In this document: piece by piece, positions 9,562 to 17,704 of the stretch
Position numbering within the stretch: the first letter of the stretch is position 1
Layout of the letters: every line of letters starts with the position of its first letter
Source of the DNA: Clostridiaceae bacterium
Lineage (GTDB): Bacteria; Bacillota; Clostridia; CAYPLH01; DUMO01
Reading direction: 5' to 3'
Length of the DNA stretch: 44,067 bases
NCBI GenBank assembly: GCA_012839865.1
Contig: DUMO01000070.1
Location: 1-44,067 of the forward strand
The notes under the pieces: generated by a model
The model's input: only the letters and a program-made list of their open reading frames with translations
Databases searched by the model: none
What the model was told of the DNA's origin: nothing
Position numbers and translations under genes: made by a program

Positions 9562-11103
9562 TCACAATCCTGCAGCTCTTCGATTCCTGTCAAGGCTTCT
9601 GTATTGTATTGCTTCTGCAACATGTCTTTCACAAATCTGTTCACTTTTATCCATGTCTGCTATTGTCCTTGCCACCTTAAGTATTCGGCTGTGGGCTCTG
9701 GCACTCAAACCCAGTTTTGTAAAGGCTCTCTCCAGCAGTTTCTTGCCTTTGGAGTCAGGCCGGCAGAACATCTCAATGTGTGAAGGCTTAAGCTGGGAAT
9801 TGGAATATATATTAAGGTTTTTATACCTTTCAAGCTGTATTTTCCGGGCTTCGTTCACTCTTTTTCTTATATCGGAGGATTTTTCTCCACTTTTGGTGCT
9901 TTGCAATTCTTTATAGTTAACAGGAGGAACTTCAATTTGAATGTCGATCCTGTCGAGGAGAGGCCCGCTCAGCCTTCCCAGGTATTTTTCAATATCATTT
10001 TGAGTACAGGTGCATTGCTTTGCAGGATCCAGATAATAGCCGCACTTGCAGGGATTCATTGCAGCCAGTAGAAGAAAGTTTGAAGGATAAGTAAGGGTGG
10101 CATTTACCCTGGATATTGTCACATAGCCATCCTCGAGGGGTTGACGCATTACTTCCAGTGCAGACTTGCTGAATTCCGGCAGCTCATCCACAAAGAGAAC
10201 TCCAAAATGAGCCAGGCTTATTTCCCCGGGTTTTGGGATTTTCCCCCCACCAGTCAAACTAATGTCGGAAATGGTATGATGGGGGCTTCTGAAAGGCCTT
10301 TTGGTAACAAGGGACACTCCCTCTGGCAAAACCCCTGCAACACTGTGTATCTTTGTAACCTCAATCGATTCCTCCAGCACCATGTCCGGCAAGATACCCG
10401 GCATTCTCCTGGCAAGCATTGTTTTACCACAGCCGGGGGAACCTATAAGAAGACAATTATGGCCGCCGGAGGCAGCAATCTCCAGGGCTCGTTTCACATT
10501 TGCATGACCTTTCACATCTGAAAAATCCTCATATTCCTCCAGGCTATGTTGAAACAGGGCTTCAACATCAATTTCATGGGCGGTAATTTTTTTCCTGCCG
10601 GCAATATGGTTACATATCTCTTTTATGTTTTTTACAGGAAGAATATCAATGCCCTTTATGACTGCAGCTTCATTTGCATTAACAGAGGGTAAAAACAGGC
10701 TTTTAGTTCCTGTGCCCAGAGCGCAGGATGCCACATTCAATGCGCCATTTATACCTTTTATGTCTCCGTTGAGGGAAAGTTCGCCGATAAACATGCAATC
10801 ATTGTATTCCCGGGAAGGCAGCTGTCCGGTTGCCGCCAGAATCCCCAGGGCTATGGGCAGATCATATGAAGAACCTTCTTTTCTTAAGTCCGCCGGGGCA
10901 AGATTCACGGTAATTCTTCCTATAGGAAACTCAAAGCCCGAATTTTTTATGGCGGCCCTTACCCTTTCTTTTGACTCCTTGACGGCAGTCCCGCCCAAAC
11001 CGACTATATCAAAAGAAGGCAGGCCATTGCTTATGTCGGTTTCAACTTCCACTTTGAATCCATCAATTCCAACAATTCCGCAACTGGTTATTTTGGAAAT
11101 CAT
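9562..11103 (-). CDS. comM: YifB/ComM family Mg-chelatase-like AAA+ ATPase
   Basis: ITVNLAPADLRKEGSSYDLPIA, Walker A GSPGCGKT, PFRSPHH, GEISLAHFGVLFVDE, SGPLLDRID. Confidence 0.93.
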   Translation of the reverse strand: MISKITSCGIVGIDGFKVEVETDISNGLPSFDIVGLGGTAVKESKERVRAAIKNSGFEFPIGRITVNLAPADLRKEGSSYDLPIALGILAATGQLPSREYNDCMFIGELSLNGDIKGINGALNVASCALGTGTKSLFLPSVNANEAAVIKGIDILPVKNIKEICNHIAGRKKITAHEIDVEALFQHSLEEYEDFSDVKGHANVKRALEIAASGGHNCLLIGSPGCGKTMLARRMPGILPDMVLEESIEVTKIHSVAGVLPEGVSLVTKRPFRSPHHTISDISLTGGGKIPKPGEISLAHFGVLFVDELPEFSKSALEVMRQPLEDGYVTISRVNATLTYPSNFLLLAAMNPCKCGYYLDPAKQCTCTQNDIEKYLGRLSGPLLDRIDIQIEVPPVNYKELQSTKSGEKSSDIRKRVNEARKIQLERYKNLNIYSNSQLKPSHIEMFCRPDSKGKKLLERAFTKLGLSARAHSRILKVARTIADMDKSEQICERHVAEAIQYRSLDRNRRAAGL

Positions 11104-11157
11104 AATATTTTGTGCCTCACATATGTATATTTTTGTATTTGTTGCACTCTGTCAACC

Positions 11158-11186
11158 ATTATACATATGTAGCTGCCAAAATTCAA
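11158..11186 (-). promoter_or_regulatory. SigA-type promoter for comM-dprA
   Basis: TTGAAT-17 nt-TATAAT about 55 nt upstream of the comM start. Confidence 0.7.
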
Positions 11187-11365
11187 CATGTTTTTTCTTA
11201 AATCCATGTCAATTAAGAAATGGTTCCCCTTCAGTGGAAATGTTAAAAAAAATCTCCCTGATACAAAAATATGGCATTAGCCATAAATTTATCAGAGAGA
11301 TTTTAAACTTTCCAAAGTCATTACAGTTTGCCGCTTTGCAAAATACACCTCTTAAACCGTCTATC

Positions 11366-12114
11366 TTATGAATTGATACCACAGCTTTTATCTTCAGTGG
11401 CGGAAGCCTTTGGAGCTTCTGCTATACCGAGATAACCTGAGAAGGGTACAAAACTTAAACAATGCACAAAAATCAGTGTTGCCGTCAGGGTAGCGAGAAA
11501 TAGTGCAGTAATCCCTCCCGGCACACTCCACAAATTAGTGAATCCTACAATTCCCGGATATGCCCTGAGGAGTTTTAAAAATATAATATGACTTAAGTAT
11601 ATTCCGAAGGAGTGATTGGAAAACCACAATACCTGTTCATATATCCTGAGCATGAATACATTGCTCAACAGTGAATAAAAGAACACAAAACTAATTACTC
11701 CGTAGAACAAAACAGTAGGCTTGACTGAAGACTCATAGGTGTTGCTCAGCCTTAACCAAACCTGGCAGACAACACCTGGCTTATATCATTCTTTGCATCA
11801 TAAATCAGATATATCAATGTCCATAAAATAAACGGAACAACAATTTTGACAAACCTTTTTCGCACAAAAACCATATAGTTTATCCTGCCCTTTTCATAAT
11901 GCGAGTAGAAGATTGCTGCTCCCGACAAAATGAAAAAAACCGGAATTGCAAACCTCATGCTTTGGTTTATTATATATGCAATATCATTGGATAACGTATA
12001 TGTACTGGAAACATGAATTGCTATAACCGCCAGTGTGGCTATCACCCTTATATAATCCAGGGCTTTTATTCTTGCCGGCATGACATACTTCCTCTTTTTT
12101 GGTTCATGCATCAA
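11366..12114 (-). pseudogene. Acyltransferase-3 (WecH/OafA-like) gene with an internal deletion and frameshift
   Basis: N-terminal piece has LDYIRVIATLAVIAIH and RFAIPVFFILSG; C-terminal piece has SNHSFGIYLSH; the two abut in different frames and total about 250 codons, with the middle missing. Confidence 0.8.
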
Positions 12115-12137
12115 CTGTTTCAGCCGTCTGTCATTAT

Positions 12138-12170
12138 AAAGATACCGGCAAGGTTATTGCCGGTATCTTT
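12138..12170 (-). terminator. Terminator after hflKC
   Basis: Perfect 14-bp inverted repeat AAAGATACCGGCAA-ggtta-TTGCCGGTATCTTT immediately after the hflC stop. Confidence 0.85.
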
Positions 12171-12182
12171 TGAATAATGTCC

Positions 12183-13157
12183 CTATTCAATTCCAAAAAG
12201 ATATTTTGCAAAGGGGCTGTCGGAATCAATTACAATTGTTGTATTCCCACTGAGAGTCTTTTTGTATGCCTCAAGGGTTCTCCAGAACTCGTAAAATTCA
12301 GGGTCTTTGTTGTATGCTTCTGCATAAATGGCGAGGGCTTCAGCATCACCTTCACCTCTGATTCTTTCTGCCTGCTCGTATGCCTGGGCTTCAATTATGG
12401 TACACTGTTTATCAGCATTGGAGCGTATTTTTTGTGCCTCCTCCTGGCCTTCAGACCGGTATGTCCGGGCAGCCCTTTCCCTTTCGGTTCTCATCCTGTT
12501 GAATATGTTGTTGTAGGTTTCCTGGGGCAGGTCTGTTCTTTTGATTCTTATGTCAACCACCCTTACCCCAAACTCCTGCATATGTTCATTTGATTCCACC
12601 ACGGTTCTTTTAAGCATATCCTCCACATATTGTTTATCGCCAATAACAACATGGGCGTTTACTTTTCCGATTTCTTCATTGAGCTTGGAGTACAAAATGT
12701 CCTCAATCCTCGATTGAGCGCTTATCTGGTTAAGGTCCGCGGCAGCAAACAATGCGGGATTGTCGATTTCCCAAATTACATAGTTGTCAAGAACCAACTG
12801 TTTTTTGTCCAGTGTGGTGACCTCCCGGGCATCCGTATCGTAAACAAGCTTCAAATCGGTATAATATTTAACCTTTTGTATAAAAGGTATTTTGAAAAAG
12901 ATACCTTTTCCGGTTATTACATCAATGCCCTTAACTTCTTCTTTCAGCTTTGCGTCGCCTTCGCCGACAACTATCCTGATGATTTTGTTAAACTGGGTTA
13001 CAACTGCCTGCTCCCTCTCATCAACTGAAAAAAAGCAAAGGTTGAACAATATGGAAAGCAAAATCACACAGCCTATAACAATTGCTGCGACCTTGAAAAC
13101 TCCCTTGTACTTGTTCATATCAAAGTTTTTGTAGTTCACGGTATTGTCAATATTCAT
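12183..13157 (-). CDS. hflC: HflC, SPFH-family FtsH modulator
   Basis: TM helix plus SPFH domain; MRTERERAA..RSEGQEEA..IR and YNKDPEFYEFWRTLEAY motifs; AGGAGG RBS. Confidence 0.93.
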   Translation of the reverse strand: MNIDNTVNYKNFDMNKYKGVFKVAAIVIGCVILLSILFNLCFFSVDEREQAVVTQFNKIIRIVVGEGDAKLKEEVKGIDVITGKGIFFKIPFIQKVKYYTDLKLVYDTDAREVTTLDKKQLVLDNYVIWEIDNPALFAAADLNQISAQSRIEDILYSKLNEEIGKVNAHVVIGDKQYVEDMLKRTVVESNEHMQEFGVRVVDIRIKRTDLPQETYNNIFNRMRTERERAARTYRSEGQEEAQKIRSNADKQCTIIEAQAYEQAERIRGEGDAEALAIYAEAYNKDPEFYEFWRTLEAYKKTLSGNTTIVIDSDSPFAKYLFGIE

Positions 13158-13171
13158 TCTCGTCCCCTCCT

Positions 13172-14110
13172 TTACTGGTTTTTCAGAGATTCAAGCGGCA
13201 GGAACTTGATTGTGCCGCTGTCACCATCGACTATATACTTGTTAAGACCCGGAAGTATTTTTTCCATCATCTCAAGGTACATACGGGTTCTTGTTACTTC
13301 TTCACCCATCTTATAGCGCTCAAGTATCTGCACAAAGTTGGCAACATCACCTCTTGCCTCGGCTATTCTCTTTTCCTTGTATGCTTCAGCTTCGTTGATT
13401 ATCTGGGCCGCATTACCCCTGGCCTTTGGCAGGACTTCATTGGCATAGCTTTCTGCTTCGTTTATATAACTGTTTTTATCTTCCCTTGCATTTGTAACAT
13501 CCTTAAATGCATCGTCCACTTCTTCAGGAGCACTTACATCCTGAAACTGAACTGCAGTAATTGTAATACCCATATTGTAACTGTCGCAGATTTCCTGAAG
13601 GTCAGCTTTTATTTCGCTCTGAATTCCTGATTTGTTGTCTGTCAGAACTTCATCCAAAATATGGTTTGCCACAACCCTTCTGATGGCCGACTCAGCAGCT
13701 GCCAAAAGAGTTTTGTTCTGATCACGTACATTAAAAAGATAATCCTTAATATCCTTTATTCTATACTGAACTACAGTTTCTACATCCACCAGGTTTTCAT
13801 CCCCTGTAATCATCATTGACTGTTGCGGGTTGTCTTTATACGACGGGCTCCTGTTAAAACCACCCTCATCAACGGTTATAAACCCGATTTCTATTCTTCT
13901 GGGCTCAACCACATTAAGTATCTCAACCTGGTCAATTGGATAAGGCATATGCCAGTTAAGACCAGCTTCAGTTATAGTGTCAATGTACTTCCCAAATCTC
14001 AAAACAACAGCCTGCTCACCGGACTGAACTGTGTAAAACCCGGATGCAAACCATATTCCGGCAATAACCAAAGCGACAAGAAGCGCAACTGCACCTGTAA
14101 TTTTCTTCAT
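13172..14110 (-). CDS. hflK: HflK, SPFH-family FtsH modulator
   Basis: EQAVVLRFGKY, MITGDENLVDV, AFKDV..ARED, ARGNAAQII.EAEAYK motifs; start moved to ATG 14110. Confidence 0.93.
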   Translation of the reverse strand: MKKITGAVALLVALVIAGIWFASGFYTVQSGEQAVVLRFGKYIDTITEAGLNWHMPYPIDQVEILNVVEPRRIEIGFITVDEGGFNRSPSYKDNPQQSMMITGDENLVDVETVVQYRIKDIKDYLFNVRDQNKTLLAAAESAIRRVVANHILDEVLTDNKSGIQSEIKADLQEICDSYNMGITITAVQFQDVSAPEEVDDAFKDVTNAREDKNSYINEAESYANEVLPKARGNAAQIINEAEAYKEKRIAEARGDVANFVQILERYKMGEEVTRTRMYLEMMEKILPGLNKYIVDGDSGTIKFLPLESLKNQ

Positions 14111-14207
14111 ACATGACCCCACTTTCTCTTTTTTTTTTATTGCAGAGTGCTGAAGCCAAATGAAAAAAGCTTGTTTAAATAACAGCATCCTGCAATTTTT
14201 CATATAA

Positions 14208-14237
14208 ATTATAACAAAATGGCAGAAGTTAACTCAA
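14208..14237 (-). promoter_or_regulatory. SigA-type promoter for hflKC
   Basis: TTGAGT-18 nt-TATAAT with TG extension. Confidence 0.5.
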
Positions 14238-14257
14238 TGGTTTTTGCAAATAAATAC

Positions 14258-14317
14258 GGGGACCAGGGGGACGGTTCCCTCTTGGTCCCCTTCCCCCTGG
14301 TCCTCATCCCTGTCTTA
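14258..14317. repeat. REP-like palindromic element, copy 1
   Basis: GGGGACCA-GGGGGACGGTTCCCTCT-TGGTCCCC hairpin plus a second complementary arm and CTGTCTTA; shares the core AGGGGACGGTTC/GGGGACGGTTC with 31847-31882. Confidence 0.6.
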
Positions 14318-14391
14318 CAAACAATTGTAACAGTTTTTTAACACCTGAATATTATAGATACGTAGGCAATTTGTTAAAGGGAGGTTTTGCT

Positions 14392-14535
14392 ATGCCGGAC
14401 GGATTAAGCAGCATTCCGGTTTATGATGACCGGGGCAAAAACGTAGGAGGAATTTTTGGGGACAACGCAGAAATCCTGTTTTTCATCCTTGTATTTCTGT
14501 TCTTGTTTTTTAATGGTTTTAACAAGAAATGTTAA
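14392..14535 (+). CDS. Small 47-aa membrane peptide absent from the ORF track
   Basis: AAGGGAGG RBS 7 nt before the ATG; MPDGLSSIPVYDDRGKNVGGIFGDNAEILFFILVFLFLFFNGFNKKC with one hydrophobic segment. Confidence 0.75.
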   Translation: MPDGLSSIPVYDDRGKNVGGIFGDNAEILFFILVFLFLFFNGFNKKC

Positions 14536-14641
14536 TGTGACCTAAAACTTTTCAAAGTTCGGGAGCCTGCAGAAGTTTAATTTTTTGAATAATAAAAAAA
14601 TAAATCCAGACCAAATCTACTTAATCAGGCTCCCTTGTTTT

Positions 14642-15097
14642 TTACTTTTCCTTTATCAGTTTTTTGACTTCATCCATAAAAGTGTTTATATCCTTGAACT
14701 GTCTGTACACTGAAGCAAAGCGCACATAAGCAACCTCATCAAGATCCTTCAGTTTTTCCATTATCATCTCACCTATTTCGTGGGTTGAAATTTCTCTTTT
14801 TTGCGAAGAATATACATAACTCTCGATTTCATCAGCTACCCTTTCCAGGTCGCTTATGGAAACAGGTCTTTTTTCGCAGGCTTTAATCATACCCTTAAGA
14901 ATTTTGTCCCTGTTGAAGACTTCTCTGGACTTGTCTTTTTTCACAACCATAACTGCTATGTTTTCAATTTTTTCGTATGTAGTGTATCTTCTATTGCATT
15001 TTAAGCATTCTCTTCTTCTCCGGATTGCAGAACCCTCATCAGTTGGCCTGGAGTCAATTACTTTATCCTCCATATGCCCGCAATATGGACATTTCAT
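14642..15097 (-). CDS. nrdR: Transcriptional repressor NrdR
   Basis: MKCPYCG...DSRP...[10 protein letters not shown] zinc ribbon, ATP-cone, [13 protein letters not shown]. Confidence 0.98.
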   Translation of the reverse strand: MKCPYCGHMEDKVIDSRPTDEGSAIRRRRECLKCNRRYTTYEKIENIAVMVVKKDKSREVFNRDKILKGMIKACEKRPVSISDLERVADEIESYVYSSQKREISTHEIGEMIMEKLKDLDEVAYVRFASVYRQFKDINTFMDEVKKLIKEK

Positions 15098-15292
15098 CCT
15101 ATGTGCCCCCCAATATCGTATTCCAATTAAATATTATTGGTATATAAAGTTCCTATATTATCTTATCGTCCATAATTTTAAAAAAATAAAGCGGCTGTTT
15201 GTGTTGTTGTCCATATTATAACATATAAAAACTCAAGACCGCAACAAAGGCTATGCCGACGGCATTCTCCCCCACCGGCCGGTTGCAAAGTG

Positions 15293-15556
15293 CTAGTCAA
15301 AGTACTTTCGCAGGAAGCGTTCGTCCACATCCACCAGAATAATATCTTCGCCTATTTTCCTGATTTTTTCCCATGGAATCAAAATTTCGTTTTCGCTTCC
15401 TATAATACCGAAAATTTTGTTGCTGGTAGGAATAACTATAGCTTCAACTCTACCATCAATAAAGTTGATTTCCACATCACTGACAAACCCCAGCCTTCTT
15501 CCGTCGCTTAAATTTATTACTTCCTTGTTCCTGAACTCCGAAGAACGATTCAGCAT
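15293..15556 (-). CDS. ylmC: YlmC/YmxH family PRC-barrel sporulation protein
   Basis: SEFRNKEVINLSDGRRLGFVSDVEI...IPWEKIRKIGEDIILV; usual position after sigG; start moved to ATG 15556 after GAAAGGA. Confidence 0.88.
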   Translation of the reverse strand: MLNRSSEFRNKEVINLSDGRRLGFVSDVEINFIDGRVEAIVIPTSNKIFGIIGSENEILIPWEKIRKIGEDIILVDVDERFLRKYFD

Positions 15557-15742
15557 AACACACCACCCATTCCTTTCAGGTTGGCATTTAAGCACAGTCA
15601 TAATAATATATATGCCGGCACAGGTGGAATATGGCTGAACCTTTGGAAAAAAAGAAACTATCGGCAGGTGTATCGTCTTTATAAGTTACACATATGGTTT
15701 GAAAGGTATATCGAATAAAGGAGGTAAAATCCGTATTTATAA

Positions 15743-16516
15743 TTATATATACTTGCGCATATGGGCCAGTGCAGTCTTTTCCAGCCTGGAAACCTGGGCC
15801 TGGGAAATTCCTATTTCTTCAGCTACCTCCATCTGTGTTCTTCCCTGAAAGAATCTTAAATTCAAAATCAGTTTTTCCCTGTCGTTAAGTTTCCGCATTG
15901 CTTCCTTCAATGCAATCCCTTCCAGCCAGTTTTCATCCTTGTTCTTATCGTCGCTTACCTGGTCCATAACATATATGGCATCTCCCCCGTCGTGGTATAC
16001 GGATTCAAACAGGGAAACAGGATCCTGGATGGCATCCAGGGCAAAGACAACCTCCTCCTTTGGCAGGTTGAGCTCTTTGGCAATTTCAGAAATGGTAGGT
16101 TCCTTTGAGTTCAAATTTGTCAGCCGCTCCTTGGCCTGAAGGGCTTTGTATGCAATGTCTCTTAAAGAACGGCTTACACGGATGGAGTTGTTGTCCCTTA
16201 AATACCTTCTTATTTCGCCAATTATCATTGGTACCGCATAGGTGGAAAATTTAACATTATGTGAAGTATCAAAATTATCAATCGCTTTAATTAAACCAAT
16301 ACAACCTACTTGAAACAGGTCGTCCACGTATTCTCCTCTATTGTTGAATCTTTGAATTACACTCAATACAAGGCGCAGATTGCCCTTAATGAATTCTTCC
16401 CTCGCCGAGTCATCACCTTTATGAATTCTTTCAAACAATTTCATTTTTTCTTCATTGCTTAAAACCGGCAGTTTGGCAGTATTAACACCGCATATTTCAA
16501 CTTTATTTACCAGCAT
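15743..16516 (-). CDS. sigG: RNA polymerase sporulation sigma factor SigG
   Basis: NKVEICGVNTAKLPVL N-terminus, GNLRLVLSVIQRF, TQMEVAEEIGISQAQVSRLEK. Confidence 0.98.
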   Translation of the reverse strand: MLVNKVEICGVNTAKLPVLSNEEKMKLFERIHKGDDSAREEFIKGNLRLVLSVIQRFNNRGEYVDDLFQVGCIGLIKAIDNFDTSHNVKFSTYAVPMIIGEIRRYLRDNNSIRVSRSLRDIAYKALQAKERLTNLNSKEPTISEIAKELNLPKEEVVFALDAIQDPVSLFESVYHDGGDAIYVMDQVSDDKNKDENWLEGIALKEAMRKLNDREKLILNLRFFQGRTQMEVAEEIGISQAQVSRLEKTALAHMRKYI

Positions 16517-16521
16517 AAAAC

Positions 16522-16570
16522 AACCTCCCCGGCAACTTTACTGTCAATATTCATTATTGCCACGAAGGTC
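16522..16570 (-). promoter_or_regulatory. Predicted hairpin sequestering the sigG RBS in read-through transcripts
   Basis: GACCTTCGTGGCAAT pairs with GTTGCCGGGGAGGTT over 15 positions (1 mismatch, 4 G-U pairs) and covers GGAGG. Confidence 0.6.
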
Positions 16571-16580
16571 ATTTTTATAC
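16552..16580 (-). promoter_or_regulatory. SigF/SigG-type promoter of sigG
   Basis: GTATA-14 nt-GGCAATAATG matches the GYATA / GGnnAnAHTR consensus. Confidence 0.75.
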
Positions 16581-16648
16581 TGTAAGCATATTAAAAAAAA
16601 TTTCGTCAAATCCCCTTGACAAGCCTTGTACCAAAGGCAATTCAACCC

Positions 16649-16722
16649 TTTTCAGGCACTTTTGTTTTAAACCGTTATGCTGATTTTTTCAGGCACTTTT
16701 GTTTTACACCATTCTGCTGATT
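16649..16722. repeat. 37-bp tandem duplication spanning the sigE stop codon
   Basis: 16649-16685 vs 16686-16722 identical at 34 of 37 positions. Confidence 0.9.
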
Positions 16723-17441
16723 TCCTTTCGAAGCCTGCTGATAATTCTCTTCTCAAGCCTGGAAATATATGATTGAGATATTCCCAGCATGTCTGCAACT
16801 TCCTTCTGGGTCTTTTCTTCTCCGTTGTTGCAAAGGCCAAATCGGAGCTCCATTATTTTTTTCTCCCGGTTTGAGAGCTTTTTCATCGCAATTTCAAGGA
16901 GTTCCTTATCCACCTCATCTTCAATGCTTCTATATATAAGGTCATTGTCCGTTCCTAAGATGTCAGAGAGTAAAAGTTCGTTCCCATCCCAATCAATATT
17001 CAGGGGTTCATCTATTGAAATTTCATTTTTCAGCCGGTTATTTCTCCTAAGATACATAAGTATCTCATTTTCAATGCAGCGTGAGGCATAAGTGGCAAGT
17101 TTGATATTCTTGGCCGGATTAAATGTATTTATTGCTTTTATAAGTCCGATGGTGCCAATTGATATCAAATCTTCAACGCCAACGCCGGTATTTTCAAATT
17201 TTCTGGCTATATAAACCACAAGCCGGAGATTTCTTTCAATCAGTACTTTTTTTACGCCAAATTCATTTCTCCCCAGCTTATCCAAAAGATATGCCTCTTC
17301 TTCATTGCTGAGGGGCGGCGGCAGGGCTTCACTTCCGCCAATATAGTCTATATGGGTCCTGGGTAGTTTTCCGAACCTTTTTAAGATATTAAGGTATTTT
17401 ACCCGTATCATTAATCTTATTTTTTTTAAAAAAATTTTCAT
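16704..17441 (-). CDS. sigE: Pro-SigE, mother-cell sporulation sigma factor
   Basis: Basic pro-sequence, [47 protein letters not shown]; start moved to ATG 17441 after AAGGAG. Confidence 0.98.
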   Translation of the reverse strand: MKIFLKKIRLMIRVKYLNILKRFGKLPRTHIDYIGGSEALPPPLSNEEEAYLLDKLGRNEFGVKKVLIERNLRLVVYIARKFENTGVGVEDLISIGTIGLIKAINTFNPAKNIKLATYASRCIENEILMYLRRNNRLKNEISIDEPLNIDWDGNELLLSDILGTDNDLIYRSIEDEVDKELLEIAMKKLSNREKKIMELRFGLCNNGEEKTQKEVADMLGISQSYISRLEKRIISRLRKEISRMV

Positions 17442-17704
17442 AAACCTGTCTCCTTCCGTTGTTACAGTAAACAATCCGGTGTTTTTTTGCCTTATGCTGT
17501 TTTCCGGTTTTTCCTGCCTGTAAATCAGCCCGCTGTCCCCGGCCTTAGGTTAAATCACATGCCTTCTTCCCATACAACCCCTTTGTATCTTCCGGTAAAC
17601 CATCTGCAATATAAAATATTGCATGTTTTCTTCTCATGCAGCCTTGTGCAACTTTTCGAAAATTATCTGCCATTTTCCCCTGCAAAATATTGCATGCCGG
17701 CTTA

